From NCBI GenBank assembly GCA_904063045.1, contig CAJFCJ010000008.1, positions 372,001-436,000 of the forward strand: 64,000 bases of DNA, in the 5' to 3' direction. A program made the translations under genes and the position numbers. The notes beneath the pieces were generated by a model, which had not been told where the DNA came from, searched no databases, and saw nothing but the letters and a program-made list of their open reading frames with translations. This DNA is from Dimorphilus gyrociliatus (taxonomy: Eukaryota > Animalia > Annelida). Of this stretch, positions 46,901 to 60,997 are shown one piece after another (the stretch's first letter is position 1; each line of letters begins with the position of its first letter).

Positions 46901-49900
46901 TGACGAATAGAATCGAATAAGAGCTGAAACAAAGAGAGGCGTTCAAAAGAAGACGCGGAAATGAACAACGTCTATTCGCGTTCCTATAATTACAAAGCTT
47001 TTCTGAAGTAAAGATTACAAAGTTTATAAGTTTTATTAGTAAAATTTAGAGTCAAAGGAAATTCACCGTCTCTTTGCGCATATAATATTTCATCTTGCTT
47101 TATTCGTACATACTGCATATAATGATAAGGAACGAATGTCGTTCACAGACCATAAGAACCGTGGATTTTGTCTTGCTGAGCTATTCCCAATGCAACTCTT
47201 ATGATAAATAACGTAGCTGTCAATACGGCCATCCATCACGTTCGTTTATTATCTCGGCTAATTAGAAAACGCCAAAATGATTCTAATAAAAAATCAAATA
47301 TATTATATCAAGTATTCTGCTTTGTGTTTATCAATAAAAGCCTAAGCGCTAATCAATTTTAAAGAGAAAAGAGGAGAATGAATTGAATCTCATCTATATG
47401 CGTATAGATAAATATCGAACAAGTCGATTCTCATGTCACACACCTTGACCATTGTCCATACAACATTCATTCTCCCTCAAGACCTCATTTTCTTCGTTGC
47501 ATACACTCCCACTTCTAAATTGGTTGAATCCCTTCTACCAGACTGAACTATCCTTAATCAATTCCCTAAATCATCTAAGCCTTTCTCTGTAAGGTACATA
47601 TTGACAATTCTCAATTGTTGACTTTATAGACTTCATTTTAATGGACTACGATTCCAATCGGCTGGTTCCTAACTAGTTTATGTTTATTTAACGTTAATAA
47701 GCGAAAAAAAGTCAACAATTACTGCTCGAAGATAATTTATCCAAACTGCCATCTTGTTTTTATTTCAACTCTTTCCTTTCGATTTTATTCTCTTATCAGG
47801 GCTCAAAATCAGGGAACCGTTTTTCATTTTTTAGGTTTCCTTAAGAATAAGCGAAGAAGTCTTATAAAGTGAGCTAATATGTAAGGGTTATAAACAAGTG
47901 GGTATACTTGTATGTATTTGTTGGAGTTTTACATAAAAAATTGAAACGTATTCCAAGCGTGTTAGCACGTCATAACACGTCATACACGCGACTCTGACAT
48001 ACGTCAATGGGACGTCGTGCACGAGATTGTTGACGTCATTAATATGGGCAAAAGGTAACATAGTTTAAATTTATTACACGGTTATCATTGTTATGCTTAA
48101 AAAGTCTTTAATTCTTGTTCTATTGGTCAAAGGTCAAGCTTTATCGATCTGCCTCTTAATTCAACCGTTTAACTTTCCACCTTTCTGGATTTATTCAAAC
48201 TGAACAATTGACCATCACATATTTTTTTTGTCGACGATGACTTTTCAACCGTGGAAATCGACGCTACATTTCGAGGCCTAACTTTACAAAGGCTATGTTT
48301 ACATTGACCAATCACGTGACTAACAACTATATTTCTCTTCTTCCGGCGAACATCAAACGTATAAAAATAAAGTAAAGAACATTCCGCAAAGGCCGCCTAG
48401 GGCTTAAGGAACAAAACCATTATGGCTACTTAGACCACAAGCAGAGTTAATAGAGCGCAATTATACTACGCCGTACAAACCTTAAGTTTTACATGTCTTC
48501 TTCCCGCTTCGTTGTTAAGAAAGAGAGAAAAGAATTGGAAAGAAAAGAAGAGAAAAGAAAAAAGAAACGTGCCAGTTCGTTTGGTTGAACAACGCCTGCG
48601 TTCATATTTTAAATTCTTATTACGACACAACGCTCTTCCTTGTTAAAAAGGAAAGAAACTCTAGGGTTCTCTTTATCATTACCATTATTATTTTTATTAC
48701 TATTATTATCATATATTGGCTTGTCTAAGGAGGTTGTTAAATTTAAGTTTGAACAGAATAACTGGCCCCATTCTAATGGAAATGTGCCAGAACGGAAGAC
48801 ATACGACTCAGAATTACAAAAAGGGTCATCTTTTTATGCGCACGTGCATTAATGTAAACTCTCTTGGAACAGGTGCAAAATTAGCATCCTACGCGTGTGC
48901 ACACTGTATGGAAAATTAAAGCGATAAGAGATAAAAAGGTGAGCAAACTGAATTCGACCCACCCCAAACGGAGACTTCTCAGCGGAACTGGGCAGCAACC
49001 CCGTGATGGATAAATAAGGCTCTGCTGGGGGTGGCTGTTCACTCGGTCGGAATGATGGAAGAACAAACAAACGAGTAGCGCGTTCGTGTTTAATCTATAA
49101 ATAAACTGGTGATGGACGGTGGAGTATAGAATCGGGCGTCACACCGAGGCGATGTTCTATTCTGAAACCAATTTACATACACAACTTATATAAAGTTGTT
49201 CCTGCTCAGCACAGATAGTAATAATAGAATGTGAGTGAAAGGAGGGGAGGTGACGATGGTGGTGGTAGTGATGATGGAGGATGATGGAAACATAAAGGAT
49301 GATGATAAAAGGTCTTTCATACACTTGGTTATTTATGAGCTTTCGGAGCAGCTTGATATCGAAAATTCGATTTTGTGGAAAAATGAAAAATCGAATCTAT
49401 CACACTCGCCGCCTACTCATTTAGTGTCGACCGTTGAATAATTCATATAAATGGAACGCAATAAGATCGTTCTCAGCGTTAATCAATCACTCTGTACCGT
49501 TTATTGGAAGAGCGCACGTGGCGCGTATTACCTAATTGCGGAAGAAGTTTTTTTCCTTCTTCTACGATGTATATTATAATCTATAACGGCCCTTGCTAAG
49601 GGACTTTAAAACTTTTATAATTGGAAGGGCGGGTAATTAGCGAACAGTATGTAGACTCAGCAAGAGACAAGGCGTCCTAAAGAGACGCACGACGAACGTC
49701 TCCGAAAATTTCCCAATTCTGACACTTGTATAGCGAAAGTTCCGATGGGCTAGTTGGACGAACGAAACTCACAATCTTCTTTTTTTTTTTTACTAATTGG
49801 CCTACATTTGCCGTTCCCTAATTGCATGTCACCGTTAGCATGCCGAGATAAACGCAGGTGCGTCCCTCCGTTATATTTTATTTCCTATGTATTTTTTTTA

Positions 49901-52585
49901 ACCAGCCAGTCACATGACCATGTTTTTTAAAAATATGCAATCACTTTTGAACTGAAAGGAAATAAAGTAAAAAAAACTTCCACTTTAATTGGTAATTCTA
50001 AAGTGTTGTAGAGACCTTTGAACATTGTTCAAATTGACACTGCCGATATACGTGTGACGTCATTCGTAAATTCACAATAAGTACTTGGTTTCTGTATATA
50101 TTTAACGAATGAAATCAGACGAAAACTTATATTTATCTAAATTGTATTGAATTTAATAAATTATATGATTTTTAAAAATAATTTGTAAATATAAATAGAG
50201 TACCAACACTCCTTTCATGCATATCTTATTGTATTTCTCTCTCTCTCGCTTTCACTTTCTACTATTCATTTATTCATTTTTTCCCCTCCTTTCCAATTCA
50301 TATATTCATTTCATCTTTTTATGGAATCTCTCTCTTGCCTATTCTCCTTGAATCCTATTTTACTGTAAAAAATTTCTTTTAAAAGGTTAACGAAGAAGAT
50401 AAGATCTTTAAGATATCCCCAATTTTCTTTTCCTTCCCCTCTTCCCTATTTTGGCTGAAATCTTATTATTTTCCATATTTTCAATTATCTTTTTCATTTC
50501 CGTTGTACCTTGTCTCACGAAGTTAATTTCTCTCGGTGGGAATTGAAAAAAAAAGCAACCTCTTTTTTTTTACCCAACTTTTTATGTATTTGATAAAAAA
50601 GGGAAAGGAAAAATAGAATCCATCTTTAAAGAAAAGATCGTTGGTATTTTTTTTATGTTTGTTGTTGTTTTTTTGTTATAAATACCGCAAAAATGAAGGA
50701 TATTAAACTAACGATGGTAATTTTATAGATAATTATTGAAAATATCTCTTGAATTCTTCTCTTCTTTGAACTTTAGACTGTAAGAAAAAAGGGAGAAAAG
50801 GAGGGTAAAAACCTACATTGAAAATGGCATTCATTTCAAACAATAGCACTAGTTTCAATTATTTCATATAATATACTTTATAGATTATATAGGTATATAT
50901 AATGAAATAGATAGAACATTACAAGAAAGGTTTTAATGAATAAAGTGTAGGTTAAAAGTTCCTTTTTTCTATTATATTTATAAAATCTCTTCTTTTATTG
51001 CTAAAAGGTTATTAATTAAGGTTTTATTCGACTTTTAGAATATGTACTAATGCAATAATTTACTTTCAGATGAATAGTTTTCTAGAAAGTTCAACCCGCA
51101 GAACTTTGTAACGCATATGACGTCATCAAGATTCGTGTTGAATTTCACGGGCGACGCTTCGCTGATTGACGGCGCGTATAAGCTATCCGCATCTCCCCAA
51201 TATGGGAAGTTTCATTTCCTAAACGCTAATGTGCCTCTCTTTATCAAAGAAACAAAACGACAAACAATTATTAGCAAATATTGTTATAAATGTATGATTC
51301 AATCTTTTCATCTCTATCATTTTGCATAATCCCTTATAGCTATGGTAACGGAGAATGGTGTTAAATAACTATATCAATTAAATGAAGAACAAATGAAAAA
51401 CTCATAATAATCCGATTTTTACGAAACAAAACAATAATAAGTTGTAACAATTCTATATTATTCAAAACAATAAAAAAAGCTTAATTATCTGTCATTAATT
51501 AAGATTAGGGAATGACAAGGTAAGCTTTTTATTCCAATTGTTCCGGCTTTATACTCTCTACCTCATACACGGATTATTTTAGTAAAATAGGTAGAGGAAA
51601 GTAGAAACTAATGTTCCTTTCCTCATTTTTTTTTAGACCTTAATCGATATTTAACGATTTTCAAAGGTAGATAGATGTGTTATATATTTTGTTTTAAATA
51701 CAACAAATCTTTTTTATCTTAACAAAAATCATAATAGCTTTTTCAGTTCAATGTTGTATAAATATGTATATATGTATATATAGTGTACTTTCTCTCTTTC
51801 ATCTTTGTTTATTTAATATATTCCTTGTGTACTCAATTTAAGATAGCAATACATATTATATACATTTCTATTTGCCTTATACGCTTACAAATAATATATA
51901 TATATATATATATACAGTATATACACAATCTTCAGTTTGGATAATATCTTTATTAATCCTATTATTCGAAAAATAAATATACCGTATACAAAACTACAGT
52001 TAGATCTTGAAGATAATCCAAATAGAAGAAGATTATCTTATCTTATAAACTTCATTATTATTAGCAATAATATTTTAATGATTTCGTTATTAGTATTCAA
52101 ATCTGTTCCATTTAAAATGTTGGAAAATAAAGTGAAGCTAATGGAGTTGTATATTTGAATTTCGGGAAAAGGAAATGTTTAATTAGCTAGTGAAAAATAT
52201 ATGGAAATTTTCTTTTTTAATTGGTGAAGATGTCAAATTCAATCAACTTTTTGGCAATTTAATTCGCCACTTTCTGCCACCAAGGTATATAACGGTCAAA
52301 ATAGGTAATTAAGAAAGTGACTGTCGCCTTAACAATTTACAGCTAAGAGTGTCTTCAACAGTGTCAAATTTCTCTCTTGAATGACGATAGCTCTTTTCCA
52401 TCCTTATTCTTCAGATTCAAGCACAATACTCTAAGCCCGTATTTTAAGCAATTTTTTTCTTTCTATAGGACTACTAATTTAACGAAAGAATGATTTTAAT
52501 TAGACTCAAAATAAGGTCTGTTTCATATTATCATTATATAGAAGGCGCTAAATACTGGAAAACGTTAAAGCGATAAGACTTTATT

Positions 52586-52600
52586 ACGCCCTCTAGTGGA
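52586..52600 (-). promoter_or_regulatory. CTCF-like motif
   Basis: Minus strand reads TCCACTAGAGGGCGT, close to the CTCF core CCACYAGRGGGCGC. Confidence 0.55.
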
Positions 52601-52855
52601 TAGCGTTAAATGTTCACAGTAATAATTTGTATTCTGATATACGTGATTGACATTCATTAGACGGTAAAAAAGAGAGAGAGAGAGAGAGGGGGGGGAGCAA
52701 ACAAAAAGCAAACAAAAAAAACACGAGACAAAACAATCGAAGAAGAATAAGAAAAGAAGAAAAGAGAAAGCATTGGTAAAAAAAAAACGAAAACAAAAAA
52801 ACACAAAAATTGTGACAATATATAAATAGAATATTGTGTAAATTTTTCACTTTCT

Positions 52856-53293
52856 CTAAACCATTGTGTAGAGAAGATAGTTTAGGAAATAAGTAAGAAA
52901 GCAGACAATACAAAAATCTCTTAGGACAAATATGAGAATAAAGCATAAATAAACGCTAATAAACTGAGCTGCAAATAGGGAATAGTACTGAAGTAACTTA
53001 ATGTACACGTTAGAATTGAAAGCCATTAGCATGTTGACTATATAGAATGATATACCATAAACAGTATTTGGTTGATTAAGTATACTATTCTTTCCAAAAA
53101 TATGACAAACTATACCAAAACCAGTACCATAATCCGATGTAAAAGCTTTCGTACAACTCATTCTATTGTTGAAATCGCAAAAAGCCCTATAGCTTTTGCC
53201 ATATTTTTTACTCTTTATCTTGACCATATGGGAGTAACTAGCAGCAAGAACACCCAAAATGCAAGTAAATTGGAATAATACCAGTTGTTCCAT
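52856..53293 (-). CDS. VKORC1: Vitamin K epoxide reductase (VKORC1/VKORC1L1-like), intronless
   Basis: Loop cysteines in YRAFCD..SCTKAFTSDYGTGFG, LNQPNTVYG, active-site CIVC followed by TY, and hydrophobic helices. Confidence 0.93.
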   Translation of the reverse strand: MEQLVLFQFTCILGVLAASYSHMVKIKSKKYGKSYRAFCDFNNRMSCTKAFTSDYGTGFGIVCHIFGKNSILNQPNTVYGISFYIVNMLMAFNSNVYIKLLQYYSLFAAQFISVYLCFILIFVLRDFCIVCFLTYFLNYLLYTMV

Positions 53294-53700
53294 TTTATTT
53301 TCTGTTGAATTGTTTTTAGAATAAATTCAAGATAATTATTCTTTAATCTATTAGAAAGTATATTAAAATATATCTTTATACTTTCAAAAGTAACAATAAT
53401 AACAATAATAATAACAAACGTTACGCTAAAAGTAACTCTAAGAACGTGTATATTTCCTGTCGAAAGGATGCTTTAATTAGGACCCTAATCGCGTGAAAAA
53501 ATCTGATTAGAAACACAGTCAGTTTCTAATTAAAACAACACAGATAATAAACTGATGAGCTTTTATTGAAGGGAATTAGCAAGGATAACAAAACTAACAC
53601 TTACAATAAGGTTAATGAAGTGGAAGATTTAAGTTGATATTTCTTTTTATTAGAATGAAGATAAATAGAAGAAATGAATGAATGAGTCTTTGAATTAGTG

Positions 53701-53702
<2 letters not shown>

Positions 53703-53743
<41 letters not shown>

Positions 53744-53748
53744 AAGAA
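53703..53748. repeat. (GA)n microsatellite
   Basis: GA dinucleotide run of ~35 nt followed by GAAA units. Confidence 0.85.
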
Positions 53749-54595
53749 AATATGACAAGTGAGAGTTTTATATACTAGTCTAAAAATATATTCTACTTAA
53801 ATAAAAAAGTATGTATTTAATATAAGCTTTATGCCTTATGAATATTAATTAATTGGAGAGAAAATTGAGGAAAAGATTCCATCTTTTCTAAGTATTCACT
53901 AAGCTAGAAACAAATAAGATAAAAGAAAGAGGAAGGAGTTGGTTTTGGTTGTGGTGAGAGAAGGGGGCGGAATATTTGACAAGTATGTTGAATATGTAAA
54001 AGTAAATAATCCGAAAAGAAGCCTATTTTGATAAAATGATAACTTTTGTTATAAATACGATAAGAAATCTCTTGTTCGAACGGTTTATTAGATTCTAATA
54101 TTCTTTGGCTTTGAGCTCTTGACTAAAATAGATTTTCTAAATATAAAATCCTCAAGTAGGTTTATATTGTACGAAAATGTAAATTCTATACGGCAACGAT
54201 CGGCGGGAGTTTAGAAAATAAAGATGCTAATTACAACTTTTGTTTTTAAAAAGTAACGGACCAGAGAGAATCTTATTTCAATTTCGTGCTGAGTTTATGG
54301 CTTATTAATTCGAAACGCGATCTGTAGAATAGAAATAAAAGCAGTTCACGTGACATCCACTGACAAGGAATGAGTAATGAAAGAAACACTTAAAAGTCAA
54401 TGCATGGGAAACATCTGTCAATGAACTCTCGTCTTTGTTCTCCCCTCTCATCTAATTAATTATCGCTAATAGAGTTTATCAGTAATTATTCAGATCGTTT
54501 TGAATATATTGAATACTTAAATTTTCCATTTTTATTCGTCTGCCTCGGGAATATTTGAATAAAACACCTCAGCTGTTTGTACATTTGCAAATATT

Positions 54596-54610
54596 GCCAG
54601 TAGATGGCGA
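54596..54610 (+). promoter_or_regulatory. CTCF-like motif
   Basis: GCCAGTAGATGGCGA resembles CCASYAGRTGGCGC. A second, inverted partial site (CTGCCATCTGTA) lies at ~54634. Confidence 0.45.
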
Positions 54611-55593
54611 ACGATATGAGCAAACCGATTAGTCTGCCATCTGTAAGTAGCATTCAAAAAGGAGCGACTATTATTTTCTTTTCAAATTAGCTATTGTAAA
54701 ATTAAAGAAACATGTAATCTGGTGCTAGAGGAATTTAGCCTTCTGTTTAGCGTAAAAATATACAGTCTGTTTAACATAGAATTGAAAGATACTATGCGTC
54801 TGGTTATTTAAGATTGTATTGAATAAATCTAAAATGTTAGACATTTGTTATCTGATTAGAAAAAGCTTCGGAAAAAAACTATTACAAAAGAATTCTCTTT
54901 TGTCATGTCATTATTAAAAATCAACTGGGAATAAGAAATAATAAAATGAGATATTCCAGTCATCCTTGTCGGAAACTGATGGGAATGTAGCTTTTAAAGG
55001 GATCTGGAACGTATACAGTATATACTGTCTGTATATGCATAGAATGCCTAATATAATTAACCTTTATTGCAATAAACATTTTATGGCCGTTCTGAGTGAT
55101 ATCCAATAATGTTAAATTAGAAGTATAAATTATAGGCGTCATTAAATTATACACACAAGAGGAAAAGGATTTTAGCTTCTTTCGAATATTTTCCTTTATC
55201 TTAACCCATTACCCTGTATTTGTACAAAAGAACAAGTAAAAGTTTACTAATTAATTATTCAACTGATAAAAGCATTTTACCGAACAATTAACGAGTAATT
55301 TGTAACTTGGGAGAGAGTGATAATAAGACTGGTAGTATGTTTGTTCGCAATGATAATTATATATTCACAATCGTTGTTTTGGCATATATAAACGAAATAT
55401 TTGATATATAATAAATTGATAACTCTGGTAGGTATGTTCTCTTATTTATTGATATATCGCTTTGATATCCATTACACGAATTTATGAATAGGTGGAGCAG
55501 TACTTCCAAGAAAAGTTTTGGTAGTAGTAATATTAACGATTTTAAGGATCTTTTCTCTTAGAGATACTATTTACTTCTAATTTCTTTCAGCGT

Positions 55594-55628
<35 letters not shown>

Positions 55629-56112
55629 GCATCTGTCTATCTGCTTCCACCAGTCCCCCGCTACTCTCTTTCCAGTTAACAAACAAACAAATAAACCAGA
55701 TGAAAAATTAATGTAAAATTAATATTTATACATTTGTTATTTTTTCCTAAAGCCTATACATAGTATGATAGTCATTAATTTAGACCGATAAAATAGTATA
55801 GAGGATTTTTTTATACGTAAACTAATTTATTTATTGATAAGAAAAATGAGAATAAAATGACAAAAAACCCCAGCGAAAGAGAGATTGTTTGAACTTCCAT
55901 ATTAATTATAGATTCTTATACAATGAAGAATTTCCAGCTGCATTTAAATATCTTTAGAAAGTAGTACAGGAAGTAATACCTCAAAAGTGTTAATTCAACC
56001 TCTAGTTATAAAATAATAGGCCTCCTGGTACAAAGCGCCAGTCTACAAACTGCAGCGGTAAACTGGGAATCGATCGCTTCAGGAAAACTTTTCCAGCCTG
56101 CTATAAAACAAT

Positions 56113-58634
56113 ATGCAGATAGCCATTACTTTTTATCTATTTTTTTCGGTTCATTTGGTTTATTCTAGGAAATTGAAAGTCGGCGTTCATGAGAAATTAC
56201 AAAGAGACGTTTACGACGCCTTATTACTTAATGCTCAACTTCGGAATTCTGTTGAAGATTTCTATTTTGACAATTATACAAATCTATCTTCTTACGGCCA
56301 GATAACTTCGTGTAAGTTTCTATCGTTTTTTTATTATATACATTGATAATACATATATTAAAAATATGAAGTAAGTATAAATAAATTATATAATAAGCTC
56401 TTTTATAGCGAAATAAAAGAAATTATATCGTTAAAAACTTGATAGTGGCATTTTATCTTAGTAAAAGTATGTAGAAAAATATGTATATACTGCATATACA
56501 TATATACAATATTTCTAACTAAAAGTAATTTCTCTAACCAGGGCCATTTTTCTTTTTAAATAAGTGATGAAATTACTATAGTTAGCACTAGGCCTATGAA
56601 TTGTGATTAATCTATTCTCTGTAAGAGATATCACAAGCATTACTTTAATACTCTTAAAAATGTTTAATTACAGAGAGCGTAATAATTATAGTAACATCTA
56701 TTGTATTATGTAAAACAATAATTATCATTTTCAATAGTAGGTTAATTGAGAGAGAGTGAGAGAGAGAGAGAGAGAGAAACAATAAAAGCAATTTTTAATT
56801 GAAGAGTATATAGTATTTATTTACAAATAACAACATGTTGATTATTAGCCCTTTAAATACTAGTACTCTTACTATTTGAAGAAATAATAATGAACTATTT
56901 CCTAGCAATAAAGAACTTAACTTTTTGTTTGAAAGCATATTTGTTTATACTAATCTCCTTTGATTATTGAGAAAATGAAGGATTTTTTTAAACATAAAAT
57001 AGCTTATTCTATTAAAGATAGAAATCAATGAATATAAATATCGCATTATTATAGCTATTAGCAATGAAAATGTAATATTTATATATGAATTAAAACGGTT
57101 CATTTCCATGTATTTTTAATTCTATTTATAAATAACTTAAATCTTATATTCTTTCTGTTTTAGATTCAGTAAGTTTGTAAGTTTATTCTTAGTGTACGTT
57201 TGTCTAAAATTAGGTTAAAATGTGAAGAATTCTCATGAGAAGTTCTCTAATGTCAAAAAAAAAGAAAGAATAAGCCATGCCTTAAGTTAATATGAATTCA
57301 GCTATCTAATAACTAGCCATTTTGTCTACAGATAGAAAACTAATGAAAGACTACAATATTGATTACGTGCTAGGAATTGATGATGAAAATTTTCAAATAG
57401 CCGCATTATCATTAAACGTTTCATATTTTGATGTCTCGAATTATATTGTTAGAAGGAAGAATGAAGTTAACACGTATAAATTACATCCAGATCAGGAAAC
57501 AATCAATAACTGTTTGCTGGATTTAATATGTGCTTACAAGTGGAAGCATGTGGCAATATTTTATGAACCTCATTACTGTAAGTTTTTCTTTATAGTCATA
57601 AGTATTACTATATATGTATATAATAGCACGTCAATTGGGGACTCATTCCCTGATAATTTAATTTTATGAATTGCCTTAGGAATATATATATTCCATACAG
57701 AAATATATACTGTATATAGATATATAAAGTAAACGACAAAAATATTGGAACACCTCAAATTTTTATAGGCTAAATATTAAAAATATTTTTCATTATGAAA
57801 CAAGATTATTTTTTTTATTTTTTCAGTGTTTAAAAATAGGTTAAACTTGCAATTTTATATAAATTTCTTTAAAACAGCAGTTAGGTAAGTTTGTACATAT
57901 TTTTTGTTCTTATTTGGCCGCGCGACATGTTTTTTGGAACAATGTTAAATTGTTGAATTTTTTAACTATTTCTGTATGTGCCGACCCTCTCTTTCTATGC
58001 ACTTGCTTATTCTACCCTCACACCAATACTCCACCTCTCCCCATATTTTTCGTCACCCTGAAGTCCTTTTCAATATTGCTAGTCCATGTCCTAAAGTCAT
58101 CAGGTCCACTTAGCGAAATCCTGCCTCATCAGTAAAAATAACCGCCCCTATTGTCTTGTTCTGGTTGCTTTTACTTCAAGATGTTATTAACTGATGATGA
58201 GGCCATTCATAAAACTCTTGCTGTTGCCCTTAATTTCCCTAATTCTCTATATTTTTTTATTACAAGATCCCTAATATCTTTACTTCACGCCGTAATTAAA
58301 AAAAATACAATATAGATTATATACAGTAATTTTTAATATTCAATAACTAATTAACTTAACTTAAAACAGGAAATAAGTTGAAAAAAATTTTGTTTGAGAC
58401 GTCTATTTGAATGCCAACCAGATGTCAACTCCATTTGCCAATAAAGAAAACACTTATAATAATATTCACAAAATATTATCATTTTCTTAAATTTTTTTCA
58501 ATATTATGTCAATTTAACTCTTTTTCTATATAAATTTAGACAAAAAATACTAATTTGCAGCGAACAAACAATTTTAACTATTAATTAAAAGTTGGCCTAT
58601 CAAAATTTACGATGTCCACATATTCCTGTCGTCC

Positions 58635-58671
<37 letters not shown>

Positions 58672-60997
58672 TGCACATAGATATATAGAGGTATACTGTA
58701 TGTAGATGTATATAGAGATATACATAAATATAGACAATGTGTCAGCAGATGTACTGTAGGAGCCTGTAACAAATAATTAACTTAAGGATCAAGTTCTTAT
58801 TTGATAACGTAATAAAACAGTTAGGACGCTAAGAACCTTCTTCAATTCGAGATACTCCTGCAATTTCCATTTGAAAGTTCATTTGTTCGAAATAGAGGAG
58901 GATGAGAGGAGCTATAATGGAATTCTACTAAGTGCCAAACCTCACATGCATATGTTGATTATAGCTAGATTTGAAATTGTAGTTTCTATGCTGGAAAGGG
59001 CAACATCTTTAGGAATAATCGCTAGTCCTTATACATGGCTGTTTATAAACTTGGTAAGTAAACAGTTTCTGTATTTTCTTAGATTTCTATACGTATATAC
59101 AAGGTGTGATGTGAGTGTTTACATTGCATATTTTTATATAAACAGAACTCTACGGAACTTCCAGAAAAATTTCACGATCTCCTCTACATAAATATAACAT
59201 ATATATCCCTAAAGAAGACAGATAATTATGGCCTCCAAGTTGCACTAGTGGACGATGCTATTAACTTTAAGGAAAAGTCGAAAATGAGAATTTATGGAAA
59301 AACTGGAACAGTACAGTTCGATGCGAATGGCTATAGATCTAATATATCACTCTATGCGCATGGACTAACGCCGAATAGAACCAAAGCAAGCGTTAAAATA
59401 GGCGTTTGGGAAAATCAGTCGCCCCTATTTGTCCAAAGGTTCAAATTTTTTGGTAAGGATAAAGTACCCGTCAATCTAAACGGAGTGCTTAAATCAACGC
59501 TAACCAGAGTTGTTACAATTTTGGTAATTATGCATCATTTGATAAAAAATAACTGTACAGCTAACCAAAATTTTCAAATTTGTGTTTTATCAATTAACTT
59601 CATACGATACAGGAAAAACCGTTTGTCATGAAAACTGAAACCGGTTATAAGGGATTTGCTATAGATCTATTGGAGGAAATTGCCAAAGATTTACAATTTC
59701 GATACGAAATCTATACTGTTCATGATCAAAAGTTCGGATCGGTGCAGCCTGATGGCACGTGGAGCGGTCTTATTGGAGAGATTTTATCTCGTAATGCAAC
59801 CATGACTATTGCTCCCTTAACAATGAACGCTGAGAGGGAAGTGGCTATAGACTTTACAAAACCATTTAAGACCAGGGGTATTACAGTTCTAATGAAATCC
59901 CCTGAACACACTCCCTCTTATTTTCAATTTCTAAAGCCCTTGGATATCCTTGTCTGGATATCAGTCTTAATAACAATGGCCATTATATCGGCACTTTTAT
60001 ATACTTATGAAAAATATTCACATTTACTACACTCTGCCCCGTCTGGTTTACAAGGCTACGAATCTGCATGGTTTGTTTGGGGTTCATTAGTATCTGGTGG
60101 AACGGAACAAACTCCGGGAACTATTTCTGGTCGATTATTATCATCCGCTTGGTGGTTTTTCTGCCTTATTCTCATCTCTTCGTATACGGCCAATTTGACC
60201 GCATTCCTAACTGTCAAAGTTATTCAAACACCAATTAAAACACCGGCTGATCTTGCAGCTCAAACAAAATTACCTTATGGCACAGTTAGAGATTCCGATG
60301 TTCTAATGTTTCTAAATCATTCGGACATTGAGCCCTATAGAACAATGTGGAATTCAATTCAATCATCTCACAAAACAGTGATCGTAAACAGCACCGAGGA
60401 AGGTGTCAAAAGAGTTAAACAAGGTAATTACGCTTTTCTATGGGACAATACGGTCTTAAATTTTATTGCTGGGGAAAGTGAAGACTGTCAATATATGGAG
60501 ATAGGCCCACCGTTCGATTATAAGGGATTTGGTATAGGAGTTCCCCCAGGCGCCATCTACAGGGACGAATTATCTATCGCAATACTTAAATTGCAAGATA
60601 GTGGAAAAATAAATCAACTGGAAAATAAGTGAGCAAATTTTCGGTTAAACTCTTAAAGATTTCGGTTAAGCATGTTTTCTTTTAAATAAATTGCAGATGG
60701 TGGCCACCCAGCGCATGCAAACCCATCGATTCACCATCAACCGACAGTACCACAGAATTAAAAATGGTAAATGTAGCTGGTCTCTTCTTTGTCGTCATTT
60801 TCGGTATAGCTATATCAGCCATAATATTCATTTGTGAAATCTATTCGAGAAAAAAGAATCAGAATCGAAGAGATGAAAAAACGCGACAGAAATTGGCAAG
60901 ATTAGAAGAATTATCGCGTTCTTTAAGTACCGGTCGTAAATCGACAACTAGTTCAAGGCGTTCAAGCCGAAATTCAAGAAATGATATAAGATTATAA
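56113..60997 (+). CDS. Ionotropic glutamate receptor subunit, delta(GluD)-like, multi-exon
   Basis: Signal peptide and ATD exons; S1 GFAIDLLEEIA..APLTMNAEREVAIDFTKPF; M2 WFVWGSLVSGG; M3 SYTANLTAFLTV; S2 YGTVRDSDV..YAFLWD; M4 VAGLFFVVIFG. Confidence 0.93.
57723..58642 (-). mobile_element. Degenerate, internally deleted Tc1/mariner-superfamily DNA transposon in a glutamate-receptor intron
   Basis: Imperfect ~55-60 bp terminal inverted repeats (57723-57780 vs 58583-58642) set in TA runs. The minus strand at ~58145-58010 encodes VIFTDEAGF/SLSGPDDFRTW...GRGGVLV*G (first catalytic D motif and GG.VMVWG motif) with a frameshift and stops. Confidence 0.8.

Noticed and set aside
47400-47700. Strand-asymmetric C-rich block that could be a retroelement remnant
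   Set aside because: The frames I translated gave stops and no RT, endonuclease or transposase motif.
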